A stretch of 63,514 nucleotides of DNA, counting the filler, from Collodictyon triciliatum (Eukaryota), in assembly GCA_043381765.1 (NCBI GenBank). It is 7 parts of 7 records of this genome, joined end to end, with 100 filler letters (N's around TTAATTAATTAA, not from the genome) between each part and the next. Parts side by side here need not be neighbours in the genome. Positions count along the whole stretch, not along the records: positions 10,131 to 20,154 come from JBHJMP010002818.1; positions 20,255 to 30,276 come from JBHJMP010002819.1; 5 more parts are not named here. One strand, 5' to 3'. Under the pieces are notes generated by a model. The model saw only the letters and a list, made by a program, of their open reading frames with translations. It searched no databases and was not told the origin of the DNA. A program made the position numbers and the translations under genes. Below, one piece after another: positions 16,668 through 27,842 of the stretch. The stretch's first letter is position 1. The number at the start of each line of letters is the position of its first letter.

Positions 16668-17303
16668 NNNNNNNNNNNNNNNNNNNNNNNNNNNNNNNNN
16701 NNNNNNNNNNNNNNNNNNNNNNNNNNNNNNNNNNNNNNNNNNNNNNNNNNNNNNNNNNNNNNNNNNNNNNNNNNNNNNNNNNNNNNNNNNNNNNNNNNNN
16801 NNNNNNNNNNNNNNNNNNNNNNNNNNNNNNNNNNNNNNNNNNNNNNNNNNNNNNNNNNNNNNNNNNNNNNNNNNNNNNNNNNNNNNNNNNNNNNNNNNNN
16901 NNNNNNNNNNNNNNNNNNNNNNNNNNNNNNNNNNNNNNNNNNNNNNNNNNNNNNNNNNNNNNNNNNNNNNNNNNNNNNNNNNNNNNNNNNNNNNNNNNNN
17001 NNNNNNNNNNNNNNNNNNNNNNNNNNNNNNNNNNNNNNNNNNNNNNNNNNNNNNNNNNNNNNNNNNNNNNNNNNNNNNNNNNNNNNNNNNNNNNNNNNNN
17101 NNNNNNNNNNNNNNNNNNNNNNNNNNNNNNNNNNNNNNNNNNNNNNNNNNNNNNNNNNNNNNNNNNNNNNNNNNNNNNNNNNNNNNNNNNNNNNNNNNNN
17201 NNNNNNNNNNNNNNNNNNNNNNNNNNNNNNNNNNNNNNNNNNNNNNNNNNNNNNNNNNNNNNNNNNNNNNNNNNNNNNNNNNNNNNNNNNNNNNNNNNNN
17301 NNN
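16668..17303. other. Assembly gap
   Basis: Run of N with no linker. Confidence 0.95.
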
Positions 17304-17570
17304 ACAGGCCAAACCGCAGGATGCAATTCCTGATTACCGACTACTTCTCTGCCAACCAGCCACCAAGTAGCGTCCATGCAAACGATGACTAGCGAACCAA
17401 AGCCAACATCTTCACCATCCTGCACAAAATTGAAAGGAAGAAAAAGGAAGAAAAAAAATGAACCCCGAATAAGTCATACGCCGCATCGCGCATATTACAA
17501 AGTCTCACCTCCAAAAAGGAGAAGCAAGATACCCATCCACGCAGAATGCTGAGCAGCGAGCACCCGAACA

Positions 17571-18750
17571 ATGACGGCGACGACAACCAGCGAGCGGACA
17601 AAGACACAGAGAACTGCGACACAGAATGGGGCCTGGGTAGGAGACTCGGACCGAACTGAAGCAACTGCTCCACCTTGGAATCCCCACAGTATTGACAAAT
17701 CTGCTGCTGTTCCTACTGCATACTACGGACCAGATGATGGTGGAGCACTAAACAAGAATGAGCTGGCAGCAGCAGCGCTGGGCAACGCATGGTTCAAACT
17801 GTCGTGGTTCTTTTGTGTCTGCATGAGCACCTATCTCGACATGCTGGGGACATGATGCAGCCATTGCGTGGCTGACGGGCGACTACTGCCTCTGGGTGAT
17901 TCCCGGGGTGTCTTTTCTCGTTGTGTCCACGGTCCTGCAGGACCACCAGCATGCGCAAGGCTGTATGGTTCCGTGTCTGGCCCTGGGCCTTGCCAACAAC
18001 TTCTTCAACATCCTAGCAAACTATGCGCTCATCTGCGCTGCGGAACTCGGGCTCACAGGCACAGCCATGGCCACGTTTCTGACACACGCGATGCTCAGAG
18101 CGGGTTTTGCCTGGTGGGTGTGACAGATGGACGTATGCGGCGAGGCAGCAGCCGGAGCCATGGCTGCGCTGGAGGTGTCAAGCTTCCAAGGAGCCGCGGT
18201 TCTGGCAGAGGCGGCGGGTGACATTGTTGCGCTTGATGCCCACGTCATCCTCCTGACCGTCTACATCCTGCTCTATATGGCGCTGGCCATCTGCATGGAT
18301 GTCCTTGTCGGACTTGTGCTGCTGCCCTTCGTTGCGACCCCAATCCATCTTGCGCGTGCCTATGTGCTTGCGGCCTTCACCAGCGACAAACGGCCGCCCT
18401 CATCCCAGTCGGCGCCCTCTTCCACATTGCCGACAGGCTGCAAGGCAACGCGGTCTGGGCCGTCACTGTCTGGTTGCTGTCTGGTTGCTGTCTGGTATCC
18501 TCTCGGCTACTCGCTCGTCACCATTCCCCTGACGGCACTCCTGGCTTTACGCCTCCCTTTCCTACCCGACCTTTGCATCGGCCTCGTCGGTATCTGGTGG
18601 GCACTCTTTGCCATCGCATTAGCCCCCACGGACAGGCACGCTTGCGCCCACGACGCTCCTACTTATCTCCTTCAGGACGTCTGCAGCAGTGCGCAGCTGT
18701 CCGTCTCAATCAATGATTCTTTGGTAGGCGTAAAGTCGCAAAAATTGTGA
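17571..18750 (+). pseudogene. MATE-family transporter pseudogene, intronless
   Basis: MATE-like pieces fall in different frames: NELAAAALGNAWF...MSTYLDMLGT*, IPGVSFL...AQG...NFFNILANYALI...LGLTGTAMAT*, GAMAALEVSSFQ...ALDAHVILL, and LVGIWWALF. Contains stops, frameshifts and large deletions. Confidence 0.7.
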
Positions 18751-19706
18751 GGTCTTCTATTCTATTCTTTCTCCTCCTGCTCTGTTATCGATACCAATAC
18801 AAATATATGTTCCGGTCTGTGCTCTCTGGGGTCGATTATAGCTGAAAGGAGACAAAGTGCTCTGTGGGTGTAGGATTAAGTGGATGTGATGATTTCTTAA
18901 CAAATTAAGGTCTGGTATTCACCCTCAGCCCTGTATGGCTCGGGTAGTGAAGGAAATAAATATAAATATAAAAATGATATTGATATTGATATTGATATTG
19001 ATATTGATATTGATACTAGCCTTGGTACCTGTGCTTCGCCTCGGAATGGGTGAAAAGAAAAAAAGAAAAAATGGAAACGGATGAACGAAGCATACAATTA
19101 ATACTGAGCACTATATTCATAATTATGTCGTCTATGACTTGATGGCTAGAACATGAAGCATACTAGCCCTTTCATCAGGCCTTTCTTGTTCTCTTCGATT
19201 CATTTCGCGGATTGCTTGGTCATGAAGCCATTCTTCTATTTGCTGCAGTGTCTCCTTTTGCTTTCTTTGCCTGTCGTAAACCTGCATATTTGTTAGTTGG
19301 GTTTCTCTCTTTTTCAGGCGTCTCATTATGCTTCTCATTTTGCAGCCAATTTTTTTCTTATTTCCTTCTCAAATTATGGGAATTTACTTGGTCGTCGCTC
19401 ATGCAGATAGGATGATGAAATAACCTTTCTGCTTATCTTTTCGCTCAGTCAAATCGAACTAATTAGTTTTATATGTATGCCATTCAATATTCAAACTTCT
19501 TAACACAATATCAGCATGAAAAGCCGTCAAGTATATCTCAATCTTTTCAAATGACATAAAACTTACACTGTTTTTTACGTAGCTGTTTTAACCCACTTCA
19601 TTAAGGTGAATATACTTGCATTGATTATTATTTCTAGGGGCAGGAAGGGTATAAACTTGTCGTGCCTAATTAATAGTAATATGGATGGGCTCTATATGGG
19701 TAAGTA

Positions 19707-19993
19707 GGACGGCCTTGGAAGGACGCTGAGAACACCGGCAGCCACCACGGAGCGATGATGCGCAGCATCGGGTACAGCACTTAGATGGCGAGCCTGAAGT
19801 GTACCAGGCGCCACGCAATCACCAGCCGTGCCAGCGAAATCTCCATAGAGTACCAGCGCTCGCATATGCATTCTGCCTGGATGACCCGGAAGATGTTATT
19901 CGTGATAAACTTTTTCTACATGTCCTCCATAAACACCTGTCGCACTCCGATCTTGAGTGCCTTATCGTGCGCTGCCTCGGAGTCATTTTTTTC
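19707..19993 (-). pseudogene. ASS1: Argininosuccinate synthase pseudogene fragment
   Basis: KNDSEAAHDKALKIGVRQVFMEDM*KKFITNNIFRVIQAECICERWYSMEISLARLVIAWRLVHFRLAI*VLYPMLRIIAPWWLPVFSASFQGR resembles ASS (KALKLGA..V..ED...F...Y..GTSLARP.IA...RFEL...IAPWR.P.F...F.GR). It has two in-frame stops and lacks the HGATGKGNDQ segment. Confidence 0.75.
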
Positions 19994-20154
19994 AGAGTGG
20001 GTTTTTTTGGTCGTGTGTCTTGAGCCTTTCTTTTTTCTTTTTTCCTTTTTTTCTTTTTTTCTTTTTTACTTTTTTACTTTTTTACTTTTTTACTTTTTTA
20101 CTTTTTTACTTTTTTACTTTTTTACTTTTTTACTTTTTTACTTTTTTACTTTTT

Positions 20155-20254
20155 NNNNNNNNNNNNNNNNNNNNNNNNNNNNNNNNNNNNNNNNNNNNTT
20201 AATTAATTAANNNNNNNNNNNNNNNNNNNNNNNNNNNNNNNNNNNNNNNNNNNN
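20155..20254. other. Artificial scaffold-joining spacer
   Basis: N44-TTAATTAATTAA-N44. Confidence 0.95.
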
Positions 20255-20466
20255 TTTTATTATTCTTTTTATTATTATTCTTTTTATTATTCTTTTTATT
20301 ATTCTTTTTATTATTATTTTATTATTATTTTTTATTATTCTTTTTTATTATTCTTGTTATTATTCCTTTTCTTATTCCTTTTCTTATTCCTTTTCTTATT
20401 CCTTTTCTTATTCCTTTTCTTATTCCTTTTCTTATTCCTTTTCTTATTCTTTTTATTGCATAACAG

Positions 20467-23400
20467 ATTGCTGTGGAACTCGACAAAGAGCTAGACTTGG
20501 AAGTCCTCTCCATTTCTTCCCACTCCCTCGCGGACGCAGACAACGCCGTAACAAACTTTGCTTGCATCCTCCAGACTATATTGTCGCAAGAACATAATTT
20601 CTAAATGACTAAAGCTCAATGACAGAACGAGGTTCTGAGGGATGGCGACCATCTGAAAGCGATCGATCGCACTGAATACATCGATGCCATTTATAAGTGA
20701 ACTTTACATACATACAAATAAATTTATGGCTATGTTTATGTTTATGTTTATGTTTGTTTGCCTCAGTTCTCTCAAGGGTTATTCAATAGAGGCTGTACCT
20801 ATGTCCACGAGTTCTCCCGCTCGGACTATGTTGATGACGTTTCCAAGTCCATCGAGCTCTCTAGGCACCGCATCCACGGTCTCTTCTTGTCCACGGTACT
20901 CGAGAAGAAAAGAACGGTGAAATTCATCAAAAGACAGGTGCCCCAATAGATATGGTTACCCTATGGCCTGTATATGAACTCTTGGCTTTTTAACAAATAA
21001 AAAAAAGCAGAGTGATAAAAAAATCTTTTTGCCTCCCTAACCTTTCATATTTTTCTTACATTATACTGCCACCTCAACCTCTGTCTTGGATAGGATGTCG
21101 TGAATGCTGGTAAGGAATTTGCATATAATTCTGATTTGATGGCATAGTCAATTAAACCTCAAAAATCTATCCATCTTTTGATCAGCGACAAAGAAGCTGG
21201 ACTATGATATCAAGTGGAAGAACTCACATCTCAGTGCGGAATGGTGGATAGAAGATGAGATTCTCAAAGGTAGTAATTAATGAGAAAATGATTTCGACGC
21301 CTCAAAAAAAGTTCAGCATATCATGAAAAAGCCCTAATAATATCCGTAACTCTACAAAAAAAAAATGTATTCAATATTGCAGGCATCAGCCTCCGCATTA
21401 AAACTGCTTCTGATGACAACTACGGAAAAGTTGTAAGTGCTCTCCATGTGTCAAAAAAATTGGCACTCATTAAAAACAAACTGGTTCATTTATTTTTTTG
21501 GATACACTAGCATGGTTTTTTTCTATTGTTCATTTCATAGGACAACTCCAAAATTATCTCTATTCCTTTTACTCAAGCCATCCTAAAATAATAATAGAAT
21601 GTACCTTTGTCCCTGGAAAATGGTGATATCGTCACTGGGGATGCCTCTGAGGTAGTTGAGGAAAAGCAACAGGAGGAACAGACCTTGGATCTATCTCAAT
21701 ATGATTTTCCAGCAGCTGAAAAGACTGGCTCTGAGATAGACCTTAGCTGGGGTGCGCAATTTTTTCTCTTGCTTTCCACTCTAATATGCTCCAAAGCAAT
21801 ATCCCGAAGTGATACCTAATAATAGTGTGTGTGGTTACATTTTGTCTATACTCAATAGAGCCCCCTGCACTAAATCCCCCTCAAATTTCTGGCGACTCCT
21901 CTATTCGCTTGAGCCATCAAGATGAAATAACCGCTAATCAGGGATGGGGATCAGGCGATAATCAGTATGGGCACTACTATTTAATTTAAATTAATGTGCA
22001 TATGATGCTTTTAATGAAACCATAGAACCACCTTGCATACGGAACTGTCTCGCCTATTTGATCTAACTTATCGGCTTTAGATTCCCAAATTATTTCTTTA
22101 TCAATCTACTGGCCTCTAACACCGACCAGAGCCATGACAATAGTCTTGTAAGTCAAAAATACGCGTGCATGTCTTTTTTAATTACTACTCTCTAGTTTAA
22201 TGATTGAATCAATAAATGTGTCAGATCAATCCCACCGCTTTCTATCAGAAAGATGGAGAGTGGGTTTCCGTCGATGTCATGCTTGGCTCTCCCTACTGGT
22301 CGGTAAAATATGTTCAACGATTTGTAAAGAGAAGGCTTATTGTTGTGTCGATAAGGTTGGCTATTTTCCTTAATATAATTACATCAAATAATCCAGCGAG
22401 TCTTGGTTTGATGAGAAGTCGCTGAATGTGCGTCAGGGAAGCTCTGTTTCGTTCGGTGTTCGCATCACCATCACGGCTTCTGGGACCCCTGGATCTGATT
22501 ATCCCCGTCGCCGACGGTGATTGTGATTGCGAATTGATATTGATGTATTCTGTTATTGGTATTCGACGATGTTTGACAACAACAAAAAATTATTATAATA
22601 ATAGTGCACACGACTCCCTTCCGTCTCCATTAAAAATGAAGGTTTCTTTTGAGGACCTTACTGGCAAGCGCGCAGAAGTAATTCTTGGCTTGGGAAATAC
22701 AATACATAGATTGACCCTGAGCCCTTCTCTGAATTTACAAACACCTTCAGGCTATCGTCGAGTTTGCAAATAAGAAGATTGACTTCATTTCAACAAGAGA
22801 GGAGTTGGAGTCGTCTGCCGGTACAAAGTTCGATGCTTATGTTTTTTGCGATAATCCGACTGCTCTCCAGCGTGTATCCATCAGGGTTCGTGCTTTGATA
22901 TTTCTTTATCGTCTTTCCTTTTTCTTTCTTTCCTTTTTTTATCTGCCACATGGCTCGCCATAACTTGATTACATTGGCATTATCTCTTATTTATTTTTAT
23001 TTCTGAATCTGTATTTTTAAGTAATTTACTCGTTTACTGACCCGTACCTTGAATCCGTTGTAAATTAATGTTCATTGACATGCAGCTATTCCGCAAAGAC
23101 AATGAACTAAATGTCCAGCACAGAGGATATGACGGTGATGGCTGCACTACCACGTATTCCTATAGTGCCCAGGTTTTGCGCAGATTCGTCTTCCAAGCAA
23201 TTCAAAGTGGCACTTCTGAAGTCGAAGTGGATATTGATGGCTGGAGCTCTAGCTACGAAAGAGGAATCAAGTAAGTAGCTCAATACCACCCCAACAACTG
23301 ATTTCCTGTAATGCCTTTTGCATGTCTATCAGCAACTTGGTTAGTATATCTGGTACAACATTTTGGCACGCTTTTGATAAATCACATACTCGATGTGAAC

Positions 23401-23632
23401 ATAAGTTTCACTGTATTTTTGTTGGTCTATTTGTTCTTTGTTTTATCTTTCAGACATTCGCCACACACTCATTAGCATATTAAATTTGACAAAATAAAAA
23501 TAAAATAAAAGGATGTGGGCTCTTATCGACTTGACCAAGAAGCTTATCTACGGCTTTAAACTCCACATTGTGGCCCTCGAGGGCTCGGCGACTGAGTATG
23601 TTCCTTTCCGTCCTCTTGATGGTTCGGCCTAG
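20467..23632 (+). CDS. Multi-exon protein of unknown function, 5'-truncated
   Basis: Chain of GT-AG-bounded exons, e.g. KLDYDIKWKNSHLSAEWW, AHDSLPSPLKMKVSFEDLTGK, DAYVFCDNPTALQRV, and a last exon MWALIDLTKKLIYGFKL...DGSA*. No family recognised. Confidence 0.65.
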
Positions 23633-24768
23633 ATACTCTATGCTGCTTATGGACTGCTCCAATCTGGGTATGCATCGCGCTTTGGAACAATTAAAAAACA
23701 CTCGAAAACAAAAATTGACAAGGGCAGCATACTCATGAATAAACAGAAGAATTCAACCACCAAAACCTCTCTTCCTTCTACTTTCGAAAACTACAAGAAT
23801 GGTGTGAATGTATTTGTTCCGGTGTTACTCTGTTAGTTCATGGCCTGTGTTGGGTTGGCATTGTGGGGGATGAGCCCGAATTCCTTGGAGGATGTGGCTT
23901 GCTGCCGACCCAGCGCCCTGCTGTTAGTATTTCCACAATAAGTCATTTCTTGTAGCTCTCTTGGTTAATGTCGTACAAAAAGCTACGAATAGAAATGAAG
24001 GTACATAAATCTATGCATTAGCTACCAGGATCATATGATAAATTAATATACAATATTAAAGGTGCAAATATATTTATATAAGGATCAATGCCTCTCCAAA
24101 CTATAGAAATCGCTTATGTATCATAAATTCCGCAAATGTAAAAGAGCTTTCTGGACATCATGCCCATACGCGGTTAAAATTCAAAAGTTCGAACCTATTC
24201 GGCATTAACCACGCACCAGATTTGCAGACGCGATTTTTCTCGAATACTTGTCGTGTCGCGCAGCGATTGGGCAATGGTGGAAATCCAAAAATGGGGCGTC
24301 ACAACGGCTAGAACGTGTGGCCTCCTTACAGAGACCCTATTGCTTGTATCCTACTTGTAGTATGTGGCTTCAGTCCGATGGAAGCATATATATTTGCTGG
24401 AGTCTGTAATGGTTCCACGCCTCAGGTGTGATAATGAATATAGCTAAACAAGCTGAGAACGCGATCGAAATGCATCGAATAATTCTGCTGCAGCACATCT
24501 CTTAACACCGCGGGCAACCTCGTACCGCCGAGCTCTTGTCGCCACCGCAATTGAATTCTCGCCCAACATGTGCAGTTCACAAGCGAAGTCAATCGATCGC
24601 ACCCGATCACACCTCACACATAGCCCTCCCAGAAACACCAACCTCTCTTCCCAGTTCCCCCAATATCATATCCACAACAAAACAACACAAGAGACTCTTA
24701 CTCACAAACCCCTAATGACCAACGATCCAGAAGCCGATCCCAACAACCTCGATCTCACCACGAGCAAC

Positions 24769-26112
24769 ATGAGCGCCCCTGCCCCAGTCGTCACCCCCGC
24801 CCCCACTCCGATCTACTACGGTGGAGCCACCCGCTCCTTCGCCTACCCCGGCACTTATGCCGCCCCCGTTCCGGTTGTCGCTGCTTCGACCACTGAGACC
24901 ACCACGACCAGCACTGCTGCCCCCATCTTGACCCCCGCCCCCACCCCGATCTACTACGGAGGAGCCACCCGCTCGTTCGCCTACCCCGGCACATATGCCG
25001 CCCCTGTTCCAGTTGCTGCCGCTTCGACCACTGAGACCACCACGACCAGCACTGCTGCCCCCATCGTGACCCCCGCCCCCACCCCGATCTACTACGGTGG
25101 AGCCACCCGCTCGTTCGTCTACCCCGGCACATACGCTGCTCCCGCCCCTGCCCCTGTTGTCGCTGCCACCAGCTCCTCCACAGCAACTAGTGCCCCCGCT
25201 CCCGTTGTGACGCCCGCCCCCACCCCGATCTACTATGGCGGTGCCACCCGCTCGTTCGCCTACCCCGGCACATACGCTGCTCCCGCGCCTGCCCCTGTTG
25301 TCGCTGCCACCAGCTCCTCCACAGCTACCAGCGCCCCCGCCCCCGTTGTGACCCCCGCACCGACTCCGATCTACTACGGCGGCGCCACCCGCTCATTCGT
25401 CCTGCCCTCTGCCACCACCACCGCCACCACGACCAGCACCGCCACCCCCGTTGTGACCCCCGCCCCGACCCCGATCTACTATGGTGGTGCCACCCGCTCC
25501 TACACCCTTCCCGCAGGCGCCCCTGCCCCAGTTGACTACACCTACGCCCCTGTCGGCGCCACCCGCTCCTTCGCTGTGCCCCCGCCCCAGGCCAAGCGCG
25601 AGGTTCTCTTCGAGCTGAACCTTGACCAGTACCAGTTTGAAGAGCCTGCCCCAGCACCGGCCCCGGCACCCGCCCCGGCCCCAGCCCCTGTCGTCCCCCG
25701 CCCTCTGCGCGCAGGCGAACAGCCCTTCACCGGCTCTAACGCTATCTCTTCCTTCCCTATTGCTGGCCATCACTACACCATCACCGTTGTCAGCGCCTCT
25801 GGCCTGCCCAGCCGTATCACCGATCGCACTGACCCCTACGTCAAGGTCACCATCAACGGAAAGACCCTGCAGACCACCTACAAGGAGGACGCCGGCAAGA
25901 ACGCCACGTGGAACGAGACCCTGTCCTTCGGACTCGTCACCGGCAACGTCGGCGTTGGCAAGGTCGAGGTCTTCGACAAGGACGACTTCACCAAGGACGA
26001 CTTCCTCGGCTCCGGCGAGTTCCGCCTGACCAACGGCGATCACACCGTCTCGCTCAAGAACGCCAAGGGCAAGGACACCGGCTCCGTCGTCGTCATTGTC
26101 TCGGTCGCCTAA
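24769..26112 (+). CDS. Intronless Pro/Val/Thr/Tyr tandem-repeat protein with a C-terminal C2 domain
   Basis: Six TPAPTPIYYGGATRS units, a PA linker, then a C2 domain (ITVVSASGL...TDPYVKV...NATWNETLSF...VEVFDKDDFTKDDFLG). Strong bias to C-ending codons. Likely start MSAPAP at 24769. Confidence 0.85.
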   Translation: MSAPAPVVTPAPTPIYYGGATRSFAYPGTYAAPVPVVAASTTETTTTSTAAPILTPAPTPIYYGGATRSFAYPGTYAAPVPVAAASTTETTTTSTAAPIVTPAPTPIYYGGATRSFVYPGTYAAPAPAPVVAATSSSTATSAPAPVVTPAPTPIYYGGATRSFAYPGTYAAPAPAPVVAATSSSTATSAPAPVVTPAPTPIYYGGATRSFVLPSATTTATTTSTATPVVTPAPTPIYYGGATRSYTLPAGAPAPVDYTYAPVGATRSFAVPPPQAKREVLFELNLDQYQFEEPAPAPAPAPAPAPAPVVPRPLRAGEQPFTGSNAISSFPIAGHHYTITVVSASGLPSRITDRTDPYVKVTINGKTLQTTYKEDAGKNATWNETLSFGLVTGNVGVGKVEVFDKDDFTKDDFLGSGEFRLTNGDHTVSLKNAKGKDTGSVVVIVSVA

Positions 26113-26650
26113 GCGCCTCCCCAGCTGCACAGACAACCAAACACTTACACTCACACACAGACACACACACACAGCGCTGCCCTGCCTCCCTCCTGTCCCC
26201 ACCTTCTTCTCGTCCCCCCTGCGTCTATTTATTTCATCCCCCTGCACCCTGCCCTCCTTTTGCCGCCCCGCTCCACCCACCCCACTCCCACGGCGGGGCT
26301 GTGTACACTGCACACGACGCACCATAAAGGAATGCAAAACACACACGCCTGCGCCACGCCGTCGGCTGCGTCTCTGCGCCCCCGCGATACTCACACCGCC
26401 AAACGGATCTCTGGCAGCACCAGACGGGAGAGCAGCCGGCCAGCCAGCCAGCCAGCCAGACAGGCAGAGAACTCGGGAGAAGCAGCAGCCATGCAGCCGC
26501 CAAGCGCACCGCGCTCGAGTCTCGGACCCGCACGAGCCGGCCCGGGGCAGAGCGCAGACTTTGGCAGCACCGCGGCGGAGGGCACACGGGTCGATCGGGC
26601 CGGGCGGGTCGGCGGGCTCCTGATCGGGGGTCCCGGGGTGGTCACCTCGC

Positions 26651-27026
26651 NNNNNNNNNNNNNNNNNNNNNNNNNNNNNNNNNNNNNNNNNNNNNNNNNN
26701 NNNNNNNNNNNNNNNNNNNNNNNNNNNNNNNNNNNNNNNNNNNNNNNNNNNNNNNNNNNNNNNNNNNNNNNNNNNNNNNNNNNNNNNNNNNNNNNNNNNN
26801 NNNNNNNNNNNNNNNNNNNNNNNNNNNNNNNNNNNNNNNNNNNNNNNNNNNNNNNNNNNNNNNNNNNNNNNNNNNNNNNNNNNNNNNNNNNNNNNNNNNN
26901 NNNNNNNNNNNNNNNNNNNNNNNNNNNNNNNNNNNNNNNNNNNNNNNNNNNNNNNNNNNNNNNNNNNNNNNNNNNNNNNNNNNNNNNNNNNNNNNNNNNN
27001 NNNNNNNNNNNNNNNNNNNNNNNNNN
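26651..27026. other. Assembly gap
   Basis: Run of N with no linker. Confidence 0.95.
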
Positions 27027-27084
27027 CGTATCTTTGATTTATTTTACTATTTCCATCTTAATTCATGATTTATAATCAATTTTA

Positions 27085-27118
27085 ACCTCGCTACACTTTG
27101 AATCGAATAAAGGAAAAA
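27085..27118 (+). mobile_element. Micro-insertion of the TTTGAATCGAATAAAGG-(A)n family with a perfect 20-bp TSD
   Basis: acctcgctacactttgaatcgaataaaggaaaaa lies between two identical atgatttataatcaatttta copies (27065-27084 and 27119-27138). Confidence 0.75.
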
Positions 27119-27137
27119 ATGATTTATAATCAATTTT

Positions 27138-27328
27138 ATCATTTATCATTTATCATTTATCATTTATCATTTATCATTTATCATTTATCATTTATCATTT
27201 ATCATTTATCATTTATCATTTATCATTTATCATTTATCATTTATCATGTATCATTTATCATGTATCATTTATCATGTATCATTTATCATGTATCATTTAT
27301 CATGTATCATTTATCATGTATCATTTAT
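27138..27328. repeat. (ATCATTT)n heptamer array with ATCATGT variants
   Basis: Read directly from the sequence. Confidence 0.9.
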
Positions 27329-27842
27329 CGTTTTGTTCTTGGACTTATTTCTTTGAGATGTGTCACACCGCAGAAGAGAGAATTGGAGAGAGCATTCCGG
27401 TGCAGGGCATAGATAGTCCCGCTGTAGGCGGAATTCGTACGTATGAATCAAACGTACAGTTGGGACAAACACCACACCCGCCACTTTCACCCGTTTCAGG
27501 TTTCGACCATTTTTACCCAGATGGTCAAGATGGTCGACTTACCAAGCGCCATAGGAATATGCAGCCGCCCAGCATTTTGAGCCATGGTAAGGAGAGGGTT
27601 TATTTTTATTACCTTTTTACATATGCAACTTTTCTCTCGTCCAGGATGTAATAAGATTATGGAAATCAAAACCAATACTTCCATCGAAAACATGAAACAG
27701 TAATCAAACAACAATATGTTATTCAGCTCACGTTACTTAATCACCAAATTTGCCATTTGTAATTATTTCTTTCTTTCTCGAGAAACGATAAAAAAAACAA
27801 CAACATATACCGCCATACCTTATCCCATTTGCTACACCTTAA

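Noticed and set aside
19781-19918. In-frame TAA/TAG in the ASS fragment as stop-codon reassignment
   Set aside because: RPL37A and RPL23 end in TAA and the G-patch gene in TAG. Long exons have no internal TAR, and the fragment has other lesions.
24781-25570. CRISPR-like repeat/spacer pattern
   Set aside because: The repeats are in-frame protein repeats with synonymous variation, the spacers are duplicated, and there are no cas genes.
25393-26394. 333-aa antisense ORF over the C2-repeat gene
   Set aside because: It is a shadow ORF caused by GC-rich biased codons on the sense strand.
27138-27328. (ATCATTT)n as a telomeric repeat
   Set aside because: It is internal, lacks a G-rich strand, and is one of many microsatellite types in the window.
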